43,188 nucleotides of DNA from a virus. Numbering within the stretch: position 1 is the stretch's first letter; every line of letters starts with the position of its first letter. Positions 1-7,271 of the stretch are shown here, piece after piece. The notes beneath the pieces are model-generated. The model made no database searches. It saw only the letters and a list, made by a program, of their open reading frames with translations, and was not told the origin of the DNA. The stretch lies in the IMG/VR virus record IMGVR_UViG_3300045988_081280. The stretch is one strand, 5' to 3'. Made by a program: the position numbers and the translations under genes.

Positions 1-119
1 ATCCAAAAAGCGACGGTTCGGAAATTTCGGCCTTCGTTGAGCTTTGGAACGACACCTGCCCGGACTTCCCAAGCGTAAAGAAGCTGACCACTAAGCGCAG
101 GGATAAGATCCGCGCCAGG
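1..119. repeat. Terminal overlap, identical to 43070..43188
   Basis: Exact 119-nt match read directly (atccaaaaagcgacgg...gatccgcgccagg). It lies inside an open reading frame. Confidence 0.95.
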
Positions 120-368
120 TTGCGGGATGAACCGGACCTAATGGCCTGGGCCGAGGTATTCGCAAAAATTTCAGCTTCGGAATTTTGCAAAGGGGTAAAC
201 AAGATGGGCTGGCGCGCTTCTTTCGATTGGATAACGGCAAATTCGGAGAATTACGTAAAAGTTTTAGAAGGCAACTATGACAGGACAAGCAGACAACCGG
301 CAGCCGGAGCGGCTGGACCTTCAGGCGCTGCGCCAGAGATTGACTGGTCAGCCGAAGAACGGCTTTAG
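1..368 (+). CDS. Replication initiator-like protein, C-terminal part (continues 42463..43188 across the circular junction; codon phase starts at nt 3)
   Basis: The frame is open from the window start and in phase with the open-ended ORF at the 3' end. It stops at 366..368. The segment WNDTCPDFPSVKKLTTKRRDKIRARL...GWRASFDWI resembles phage replication-protein C-terminal domains. Confidence 0.7.
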   Translation, partial: PKSDGSEISAFVELWNDTCPDFPSVKKLTTKRRDKIRARLRDEPDLMAWAEVFAKISASEFCKGVNKMGWRASFDWITANSENYVKVLEGNYDRTSRQPAAGAAGPSGAAPEIDWSAEERL

Positions 369-945
369 CATAAAGCGCTACAGGGACCAGCTCCGGGATA
401 TATTGGCTATTTGCTACCAGAGCGAGGTGGAGAGCCGCGGGGCCACATTCCGGATGGACGCAGCCACGGCGGAGCACATAGACAAGGCCGCCGGGTGGCT
501 TGAGCGGGTAAGCTTGCCGAAGCAGGGGCTGATTATTTGCGGCAACACAGGGAACGGAAAGACGACGATGGCGCGGGCCATAGCGAAGGTAATAGAGCTT
601 TGCAACGGCGGATCGGTAAAGCGTATCACGGCGCTACAGTACGCGGCGCTTGAGGCGGACAGGGACGAGAACCGCTACAGGATCATCGAACTGAGGCAGG
701 CCCCGGTGCTTTTCATTGACGATTTGGGGACAGAGGAGAGCAGCGTCCGGGTGTACGGCAATGTAATAAGCCCGGTGGTAGAATTGCTTTACCAGCGTTA
801 CGACTTCCAGGCCTTCACGATAGCGACATCGAACCTGACGACGAAGGCGCTAACGGAGAAATACGGGGAGCGCATAGGAGACAGGATGCGGGAGATGTTC
901 AACGTAATATCATTTTCGAATCCGAGCTATAGGGCCGGAATATAG
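277..945 (+). CDS. DnaC/IstB-like AAA+ helicase loader
   Basis: Walker A GNTGNGKT and Walker B LFIDDLG, followed by TIATSNL. It directly follows and overlaps the initiator gene. Confidence 0.85.
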   Translation: MTGQADNRQPERLDLQALRQRLTGQPKNGFSIKRYRDQLRDILAICYQSEVESRGATFRMDAATAEHIDKAAGWLERVSLPKQGLIICGNTGNGKTTMARAIAKVIELCNGGSVKRITALQYAALEADRDENRYRIIELRQAPVLFIDDLGTEESSVRVYGNVISPVVELLYQRYDFQAFTIATSNLTTKALTEKYGERIGDRMREMFNVISFSNPSYRAGI

Positions 946-990
946 GCTATTTCGCACAGAAACGGGGTAAATTTCAATTTTCACAGCAAA

Positions 991-1632
991 ATGGAGGAAT
1001 TACACGGAAAAGAATTTAGAACGCCTGAGAACGCAAAAGAGACGGCAAAAAGGCGCATTTACATAAGCGGCTCTATTTCGGGCCGGCCTTTGGATGTAGC
1101 GCGCAGGCATTTTGAGAGCGCGGAGGCAACGCTGAGGGCGCAGGGTTGGGAGACGGTAAACCCTTTGCGTAACGGCTTGCCGGAGGACGCTCCGTGGTCC
1201 TGCCACGTAGCGGTGGACATATTGAGCCTGCTGGGTTGTACGGCGATTTATTTGCTACGGGGTTGGCAGGCCAGCCGGGGGGCGCAGCTTGAGGCGAACA
1301 TCGCCAGGCTAACGGATAAGGCGATATATTACGAGACGATGGACGACGCGGACCACTTCGGGCCCATTTTCGACGCCGTAACCAACGTCCTGGACATTGA
1401 CGGCCCGCAGCTTCAGAGCAAGGACAGGGAGCAGCGGCTGGTCTTCGCCCGGATGATATTCTCCAAGCACGCAAGGGAGCAGGGCGCGAGCTTTCCGGAG
1501 ATAGGCAGAGCGCTGAAGCACCACCACTCCACGGTGGTTTATTGGCTCCAGCAGTACGGCGCGGAGTACGCGCAAAACATAGTTTTCAAGATAATGGCTG
1601 ACAAGGTAAGCGAATATTTGAAAAGTTGCTAA
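991..1632 (+). CDS. Fusion protein: DUF4406-like (nucleoside deoxyribosyltransferase-like) N-terminal domain plus a DnaA domain IV-like HTH at the C-terminus
   Basis: N-terminus reads RIYISGSISGRP...CTAIYLLRGWQASRGAQLE. C-terminus reads FARMIFSKHAREQGASFPEIGRALKHHHSTVVYW, which resembles the DnaA C-terminal DNA-binding signature. Confidence 0.65.
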   Translation: MEELHGKEFRTPENAKETAKRRIYISGSISGRPLDVARRHFESAEATLRAQGWETVNPLRNGLPEDAPWSCHVAVDILSLLGCTAIYLLRGWQASRGAQLEANIARLTDKAIYYETMDDADHFGPIFDAVTNVLDIDGPQLQSKDREQRLVFARMIFSKHAREQGASFPEIGRALKHHHSTVVYWLQQYGAEYAQNIVFKIMADKVSEYLKSC

Positions 1633-1653
1633 ATTTGCGTATCAGTCTAATAC
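1630..1653 (+). promoter_or_regulatory. TAAATTTG -7-type box (1630..1637) followed by the palindrome GTATCA-GTC-TAATAC (1639..1653)
   Basis: Matches the Bacteroidota TAnnTTTG consensus. The palindrome belongs to a family recurring at 3601, 12175, 26269 and, in degenerate form, 33774. Confidence 0.5.
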
Positions 1654-1714
1654 GCGGAGGCCGCCGCGTAGTATGTGGTTAGTAGATAAAATAGGGCCCT
1701 TCGGCCAGGGCCCC

Positions 1715-1773
1715 GGAAGCGTAGCTCAGTAGCCAGAGCCGTAGGTGCGCGGGTGCAAATCCCGCCGCTTCCG
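1715..1773 (+). other. tRNA-like element lacking an anticodon arm (tRNA relic or mimic)
   Basis: 7-bp acceptor stem (ggaagcg/cgcttcc), TA at positions 8-9, D arm gctc-agtagcca-gagc and T arm gcggg-tgcaaat-cccgc. Only 8 nt occupy the place of the anticodon arm and variable loop. No CCA is encoded. Confidence 0.5.
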
Positions 1774-1797
1774 CGACTTCATTAAAATTTTTGAATT

Positions 1798-2208
1798 ATG
1801 GCAAAGACACAGACAAAAGCACAGGCCGGACCGGCAGAGATTGGCAGCCGGCCAGAGTTCCGGCAATTCATTCAGGAGGGCGTGGACAGGATCAGGGAGC
1901 AGCGCAAGAACGCGGTGCTTGATCACGGCTACAGGCTTAAGCGGCACACCTTCGACCGGTTGGAGGAGCAGGGCCTGCTGAAGGCTGAAGCCCTTGCGGC
2001 GGAGTTCCAGAGGATAGCAACACGCGAAAGCAAGCTTTCATCGGCGGAGCGCGCCCTGATAAGCGCCATCGTTATGAACGCAGCCGAAAAGACGGTATTA
2101 GTCATGCACAGGGAGGAGGAAAAGCAGGAGGCCGCAGGAAAGGCCGAAAACAAGCCTTCTGAGCCTTCCGAAAGTTCGGGTGGAGTAATTACACCTTCGG
2201 AGAATTAA
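1798..2208 (+). CDS. Hypothetical protein (136 aa, acidic/Ser-rich tail)
   Basis: ATG ORF with coding-like composition. No motif recognised. Confidence 0.6.
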   Translation: MAKTQTKAQAGPAEIGSRPEFRQFIQEGVDRIREQRKNAVLDHGYRLKRHTFDRLEEQGLLKAEALAAEFQRIATRESKLSSAERALISAIVMNAAEKTVLVMHREEEKQEAAGKAENKPSEPSESSGGVITPSEN

Positions 2209-2227
2209 AACGCCTTGTGCGCAAAAA

Positions 2228-2968
2228 ATGGCAAAAATAACGTGGTACCGCCCGGACGGCGGGAAACAGGAGAGGCGAAAAATGAGAAAGCTGGTAATAA
2301 CACCGGAGCAAACGGAGTATTTCAAAGCTCACTTTTACGAGCTTCCGGTCCGGCAGCTTTGCGCGGAAATGGGCTTTTCAACGCCTACGTATTACAGGCT
2401 TGCGGCGACTTTGGGCCTTGCGGTAAACGTAAAGATCAAGGGCAACAAATGCCTGCGCTGGACGCCGGAGATGGAAAGCAAGCTAATAGCGGAATTTCCG
2501 CACCGTTTCAACGACGAATTAGCGCGGGAATTGGGAATCAGCCACAGCAGCCTGCACCGTAAGGCCAGAGAGCTGAAGCTGGAGAAAACGCCCGGCTTCC
2601 TTGAGGCCAGGCGCGCGGACATTACGGAAAAGGTAAGGGAAAAGACACAGAAGGCGGCCCGGACGCGACGCGAAAACACCTACCACGCAATGATCCGGAT
2701 AAAGTACGGGATGCAGAGCGGGATGAAGCAGAACTTAAGGCGCCGCGAATACATACCGAGGCCGGACGACGCGGAGGCCTGGAAAGCGGTAAGAAAGCGC
2801 GAAGCGCGGGAATACCAGATGCGCCACTACTTGCGCAAGCGCGGCTACAGGATTGACGGGCTCACGGCCTTCTGGGACGAAACCACCAGACGCAGTCCCC
2901 GGCTTGAGGCTAAAAAAGGCCCGTTCCGCTTCCTTCAGGAGCCGGCGAAAGCCCCGGAGCTGCTTTAA
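2228..2968 (+). CDS. Putative DNA-binding protein with two HTH-like segments
   Basis: The segments VRQLCAEMGFSTPTYYRLAATLGL and NDELARELGISHSSLHRKARELKL look like HTH motifs. The start may instead be the Met at 2282. Confidence 0.6.
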   Translation: MAKITWYRPDGGKQERRKMRKLVITPEQTEYFKAHFYELPVRQLCAEMGFSTPTYYRLAATLGLAVNVKIKGNKCLRWTPEMESKLIAEFPHRFNDELARELGISHSSLHRKARELKLEKTPGFLEARRADITEKVREKTQKAARTRRENTYHAMIRIKYGMQSGMKQNLRRREYIPRPDDAEAWKAVRKREAREYQMRHYLRKRGYRIDGLTAFWDETTRRSPRLEAKKGPFRFLQEPAKAPELL

Positions 2969-2976
2969 CTTTCCGC

Positions 2977-3029
2977 AAATCGCACAGAAAAGCGCTGAAA
3001 TCGCACAAAAAAGCGCGGAAATAGCACAG
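2977..3029. repeat. 2.5 tandem copies of a 21-bp unit AAATCGCACA(G/A)AAAAGCGC(T/G)G
   Basis: Units at 2977..2997 and 2998..3018, with a partial unit at 3019..3029. The array is intergenic, between the stop at 2968 and the hairpin at 3038. Confidence 0.8.
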
Positions 3030-3037
3030 ATTGAGGT

Positions 3038-3081
3038 AAAAATGGCACAAACCCGGTTTTCGGAAAGGTTGTGCCATTTTT
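3038..3081. terminator. Bidirectional intrinsic terminator-like hairpin
   Basis: The arm aaaaatggcacaaacc pairs with ggttgtgccattttt, giving about 15 bp with one bulge. An A-run and a T-run flank the stem. Confidence 0.7.
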
Positions 3082-3107
3082 CGGCACATTTGACACACGA
3101 CACGAAT

Positions 3108-3572
3108 ATGGGACAGACAGGAAAGAAAGACCCGATATGGGAGATGGAAGCATTTTTATCGGGCAGGAAAGCGGCGGAGCCCAGGCGCAGGCCGCAGCAC
3201 CAGGAGAGCCGGATCCAGCAGAGCTGCGTCCGGTGGTTCCGGCTTCAGTACCCGAAGCTTGCGCTTAACCTTTTCGCGGTAGGCAACGGCGGAGCCAGGG
3301 GAAAGACGGAAGCGGCCATTATGAAGGGCGAAGGCGTAACCGCAGGGGTGGCAGACCTTCTGCTCCTTGCGCCTTCAGCTTCCGGGGAGTTTCACGGGCT
3401 TTGCATTGAGATGAAAACGACGCAGAAAGGGAGCCGGCAGAGCGACAGCCAGAAAGCCTGGCAGGCAGCGGTCGAGGCCGAAGGCTACAAATACGTAGTT
3501 TGCCGGAGCATTGAGGAATTTATGGCAGCCGTAACCGGTTACATACCGCCACCGTCCGGGCGCTGTTGGTAA
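3108..3572 (+). CDS. VRR-NUC domain nuclease
   Basis: SRIQQSCVRWF...NGGARG...GVADLLLL...IEMKT..G..S..Q fits the VRR-NUC (PD-(D/E)xK) pattern. The start is moved to the ATG at 3108 because the longer ORF crosses the repeats and terminator. Confidence 0.8.
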   Translation: MGQTGKKDPIWEMEAFLSGRKAAEPRRRPQHQESRIQQSCVRWFRLQYPKLALNLFAVGNGGARGKTEAAIMKGEGVTAGVADLLLLAPSASGEFHGLCIEMKTTQKGSRQSDSQKAWQAAVEAEGYKYVVCRSIEEFMAAVTGYIPPPSGRCW

Positions 3573-3591
3573 TTTTTCAATAATACGCCGG

Positions 3592-3630
3592 TAAATTTGA
3601 GTATTAGAGTAATACGAATTTGTAAATTTG
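3592..3630 (+). promoter_or_regulatory. Two TAAATTTG boxes (3592..3599 and 3623..3630) flanking the palindrome GTATTA-GAG-TAATAC (3601..3615)
   Basis: Read directly. An extra TAATACG half-site is at 3581..3587. The cluster lies just upstream of the packaging operon. Confidence 0.55.
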
Positions 3631-3651
3631 CGGAAATATTACTACAGCGAT

Positions 3652-3849
3652 ATGGACACAGGCGACAAAGTTATCATCATGAACCACCCGGACCGGCCCG
3701 ACCTAACCGGTCTGCAGGGCGTTATAGTGAGCCGGACGACCATAGAAGGAACGGACTTTTACAGGATAAAGGTGCACGGGTTTTTGTTAAGCGAGACATT
3801 CACGGGGCAGAACTTATGCCCGCATAAACCGGAAAGAAGGAGGAAATAG
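3652..3849 (+). CDS. Small hypothetical protein (65 aa)
   Basis: The ATG at 3652 is preferred to the TTG at 3628, which overlaps the -7 box. Confidence 0.5.
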   Translation: MDTGDKVIIMNHPDRPDLTGLQGVIVSRTTIEGTDFYRIKVHGFLLSETFTGQNLCPHKPERRRK

Positions 3850-3851
3850 CG

Positions 3852-5282
3852 ATGGCCACGAAACAGACAAGCCCAAAGGCCCGGAGCGCCGCAGGCGCGG
3901 GGCCTTCATTTGAGGGGATGGTGCTGGTGCAGAGCCAGGTCCTCCCTCTTTCCGCGCTTGAGCCTAACGACGGCCAGGTGCCAGGAATACCGAAGAATCC
4001 GCGTATTTGTAGCCGGGAGGACGCGCGGAAGCTGAAGCAGAGCATACAGGACGACGCGGAGATGATGACGCTCCGCGAAATTCTTGTTTTGGAGCACGCA
4101 GGTAAGTACGTAATTATAGCGGGAAATATGCGCTACAAGGCCCTTAAGGAATTGGGCTACAAGGACGCTATTTGCAAGGTAATTCCGGCAGGTACCACAC
4201 CGGAGAAAATAAAGGCCTACCTGATTAAGGACAATAACAGCTACGGAGAATGGAACGTGGAGGATTTGGCGAACAGTTGGGACCTTCAGCAGCTTATCGA
4301 ATGGGGCGTAAAACTTCCGGATCTTGACACTTCAGTCCCGGAGGACGAAGCCCAGGAAGATAACTTCAACGTAGCGGACGAATTGACAAAGAAGGCTACG
4401 GCCAACTTCGGAGACGTTTACCGGCTCGGCAGACACAGGCTCATCTGCGGAGACAGCACCGACCCGGCGGTCGCAAAGCTTCTGATGGGAGGCACGGAAG
4501 CGGACCTTATTCTCACGGATCCGCCGTATAACGTTGATTATTCCGCCAAGAATGAAGTTTTGAACAAGGCCGACAAAGGTAACAGGATCCAGAAGGACAT
4601 CGCCAACGACAAGATGACCCGCGAGCAGTTCGGGCTATTCCTTCGCAAAGCGTTTGAGAATATGAACAGCGTAGCGAAGGCGGGCGCAGCGATTTATATA
4701 TTTTACGCGAGCCGCGAAGCTATAAACTTCATAGAAGCGATGGAAGGCGCGGGCTTTTCCTACAAACAGCAGCTTATCTGGGTAAAAAACAATATGGTTT
4801 TAGGCCTTCAGGACTACCAATGGAAGCACGAACCTATCCTATACGGCTGGAAGGAGGGCGCGCCGCATTACTTCGCCGACCGTAGGGACCAGCTGACCGT
4901 ATATGAGGATGCCGCAGCGCTTGACCTTGAGGCTATGAGCAAAGCAGAGCTTAAGAAGGCCCTGAAGGACATAATAGAAGCTTCGCAGATACCGAACACG
5001 GCTATACACGAGAATAAACCGCAGGTAAGCAGCGACCACCCGACGATGAAACCCGTAAAGCTTGTGGGGCGTTTGATAAAAAACAGCACGAAGCCCGGAG
5101 AGATTGTGGTGGACCTTTTCGGAGGTTCAGGAAGCACGCTTATAGCGGCAGACCAGCTCGGAAGGCGTTGTTTTACGGTTGAGTTAGACCCGTGCTATAT
5201 TGACGTTATAATCAAGCGCTGGGAGAAGCAGAGCGGCGAAAAAGCGGAGCTTATAGGCAACTACAGGGTCGGGAAAGAATAA
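3852..5282 (+). CDS. ParB-like nuclease domain fused to an N6/N4 DNA methyltransferase
   Basis: The N-terminus has a ParB-N-like segment (REILVLEHAGKYVIIAGNMRYKAL). Methyltransferase motif IV is TDPPYN and motif I is FGGSGST. Confidence 0.9.
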   Translation: MATKQTSPKARSAAGAGPSFEGMVLVQSQVLPLSALEPNDGQVPGIPKNPRICSREDARKLKQSIQDDAEMMTLREILVLEHAGKYVIIAGNMRYKALKELGYKDAICKVIPAGTTPEKIKAYLIKDNNSYGEWNVEDLANSWDLQQLIEWGVKLPDLDTSVPEDEAQEDNFNVADELTKKATANFGDVYRLGRHRLICGDSTDPAVAKLLMGGTEADLILTDPPYNVDYSAKNEVLNKADKGNRIQKDIANDKMTREQFGLFLRKAFENMNSVAKAGAAIYIFYASREAINFIEAMEGAGFSYKQQLIWVKNNMVLGLQDYQWKHEPILYGWKEGAPHYFADRRDQLTVYEDAAALDLEAMSKAELKKALKDIIEASQIPNTAIHENKPQVSSDHPTMKPVKLVGRLIKNSTKPGEIVVDLFGGSGSTLIAADQLGRRCFTVELDPCYIDVIIKRWEKQSGEKAELIGNYRVGKE

Positions 5283-5321
5283 CGGTATTACACCGAGGCA
5301 ACACCACAAAAACACCGATTT

Positions 5322-5771
5322 ATGGCTAACAAACATCCAAATACAAGCGGTCTGAGACCACCCTGGCAGCCGGGACAGAGCGGAAACCCGAAGGGGCGCA
5401 AGAAAAGCCAGGTAAACGCCACGCTTAAGACGCTGTTCGGAAAGAGCGCCAAGAAAATATATGAGCTTTCGCAGACGGAGCTGGACGAATGGGATAGCAC
5501 GCTTATAAGCCTAACCAAAGACCAGCTCTCCGCGCTTGTTATGCTTGACAGCGCCCCGGCATACCCGAAGGCGCAGGCGCTTGCAATATTGACGGATATG
5601 AAGAACGGCAGGACGGTGACTATAGAACGCCTTGCTAACAGGCTATATGACCGCAAGAAGCCGGATAAAGTTGAGCTTACCGGTAAGGACGGAAGCGACC
5701 TGATCCAGCCGCGCGTCCTGACGAAGGAGGAAGCGGCGGCCTTCCTTGACAAGTTGAACGCAGACTATTAG
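5322..5771 (+). CDS. terS: Putative terminase small subunit (DUF5681-like N-terminus)
   Basis: Contains the GQSGNPKGRKK motif and sits immediately upstream of the large terminase gene. Confidence 0.65.
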   Translation: MANKHPNTSGLRPPWQPGQSGNPKGRKKSQVNATLKTLFGKSAKKIYELSQTELDEWDSTLISLTKDQLSALVMLDSAPAYPKAQALAILTDMKNGRTVTIERLANRLYDRKKPDKVELTGKDGSDLIQPRVLTKEEAAAFLDKLNADY

Positions 5772-5774
5772 CCG

Positions 5775-7256
5775 GTGGAGACGTTCAGGGACATAGATTT
5801 GACAAAGACCTGGGTGATGCAGGGAACCTTGAACTTTACGCGCTATTTCTACAAAAGGACATATAAGCGCAAGTTCATAGTAGGCCGCCACCACAGGCAG
5901 ATCGCTGCCGCCCTGGACCGGGTGCTTAAGGGAGAAATAACCAGGCTTATAATCAACATAGCCCCGCGATACGGAAAGACCGAATTAGCTATTAAGCACT
6001 TCATAGCGGAGGGCTTCGCAGTAAACCCGGCTTCAAAATTTATTCATTTGTCCTACTCCGACGAATTGGCGCGAGACAACAGCAGGGCCGTCCAGCAGAT
6101 TATGCGAAGCGACGAATACCGCATGATGTTCCCGGACGCGGTACCCACTTCGGTAGCCACCAGACGCTGGGAGACGAAAGCAGGAGGCGGGATGTACGCG
6201 ATAAGTTCAGCCGGACAGGTTACAGGCTTCGGAGCCGGACAGGTGGATCCGGACGAAGATAAGGAGGAGACGCAGGAGCTTAAGAACGAGGTGGATGCGA
6301 TTGAGGATGCGGCGCTAAAGGCGGACGGCTTCGGAGGAGCCATCATCATAGACGACCCGATAAAGCCGGACGACGCCAGGAGTGAGCAGGTTAGGGAGAA
6401 AATAAACCAGAAGTTCGAGACAACCATCCGAAGCCGCGTAAACAGCCGCAAAACGCCAATAATTATCATTATGCAGAGGCTGGACGACAACGACCTGTGC
6501 GGCTATTTGGAAAAGCTTGAGCCGGACGAATGGACCGTTATAAAGCTTCCGGTCATATACGAGGACGAAGAAGGAAAGCCGCAGGCCTTGTGGCCGTTCA
6601 AACACACGCTGGAGGAATTGATGAAAATCAAGGAGAAAAACAGCTTTGTGTTTGAAACGCAGTATATGCAGAACCCGCAACCGATTGAGGGCCTAATGTA
6701 TGAACGGGGCTTCCGGACCTACGAAGAAGTACCGGCGACGAAATACAGGAAAATAAAGGCCTACATAGACACGGCGGACACCGGCACGGACTACCTGTGC
6801 TGTATTATTTACGTTGAGACCGACATCGGGAACTATATTTTAGACGTTTACTATACCGACAAGCCTATGGAGGTCACGGAGACAGAGACAGCCCGCAGGC
6901 TTTCGAAGTACGGAGTCCAGGAGGCAAACATCGAGAGCAACAACGGCGGGCGCGGCTTCGCCAGGAAGGTAGAGGAAATATGCCGGAGCATTTACGCAAA
7001 CAGAAAGACCAGCTTCAGGAGCTTCCACCAGGACCAGAACAAGAATGAAAGGATCTTCCAAAATTCGGCAGAGGTTCAGAACCTTACATTTATGCCGGCA
7101 GGTTGGAACTACCTATGGCCGCAATTCCACAAGGCTATAACAGGCTTTTCGAAGATAGGAAAGAACGCCCACGACGATGCCCCGGACGCATTGACGGGAA
7201 CGATAGAAATGAGGAAAGACACCGGCAGAATAAGCCCGGTAGGACTATTTCAATAA
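5775..7256 (+). CDS. terL: Terminase large subunit
   Basis: Walker A-like APRYGKTE and Walker B-like AIIIDDP, with a C-terminal nuclease-like DTADTG...DD region. It lies upstream of the portal gene. A GTG start is used, with an alternative ATG at 5817. Confidence 0.9.
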   Translation: METFRDIDLTKTWVMQGTLNFTRYFYKRTYKRKFIVGRHHRQIAAALDRVLKGEITRLIINIAPRYGKTELAIKHFIAEGFAVNPASKFIHLSYSDELARDNSRAVQQIMRSDEYRMMFPDAVPTSVATRRWETKAGGGMYAISSAGQVTGFGAGQVDPDEDKEETQELKNEVDAIEDAALKADGFGGAIIIDDPIKPDDARSEQVREKINQKFETTIRSRVNSRKTPIIIIMQRLDDNDLCGYLEKLEPDEWTVIKLPVIYEDEEGKPQALWPFKHTLEELMKIKEKNSFVFETQYMQNPQPIEGLMYERGFRTYEEVPATKYRKIKAYIDTADTGTDYLCCIIYVETDIGNYILDVYYTDKPMEVTETETARRLSKYGVQEANIESNNGGRGFARKVEEICRSIYANRKTSFRSFHQDQNKNERIFQNSAEVQNLTFMPAGWNYLWPQFHKAITGFSKIGKNAHDDAPDALTGTIEMRKDTGRISPVGLFQ

Positions 7257-7271
7257 AAACCGAAGAATATT

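Noticed and set aside
1-119. Physical direct terminal repeat or cos end
   Set aside because: The repeat lies in phase inside a reconstituted ORF and next to the ori-like iterons. It is more simply explained as a circular assembly overlap.
1715-1773. Intact tRNA gene
   Set aside because: The acceptor, D and T arms pair, but only 8 nt occupy the anticodon-arm position. No anticodon can be assigned. It is reported instead as a tRNA-like element.
2977-3029. Possible CRISPR-like array
   Set aside because: Only 2.5 directly abutting 21-bp units with no spacers, and no cas genes. This is a simple tandem repeat.
2853-3107. N-terminal 85 codons of the 239-aa ORF 2853..3572
   Set aside because: This extension overlaps the end of the previous gene and translates the tandem repeats and the terminator hairpin. 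The VRR-NUC homology starts after the ATG at 3108.
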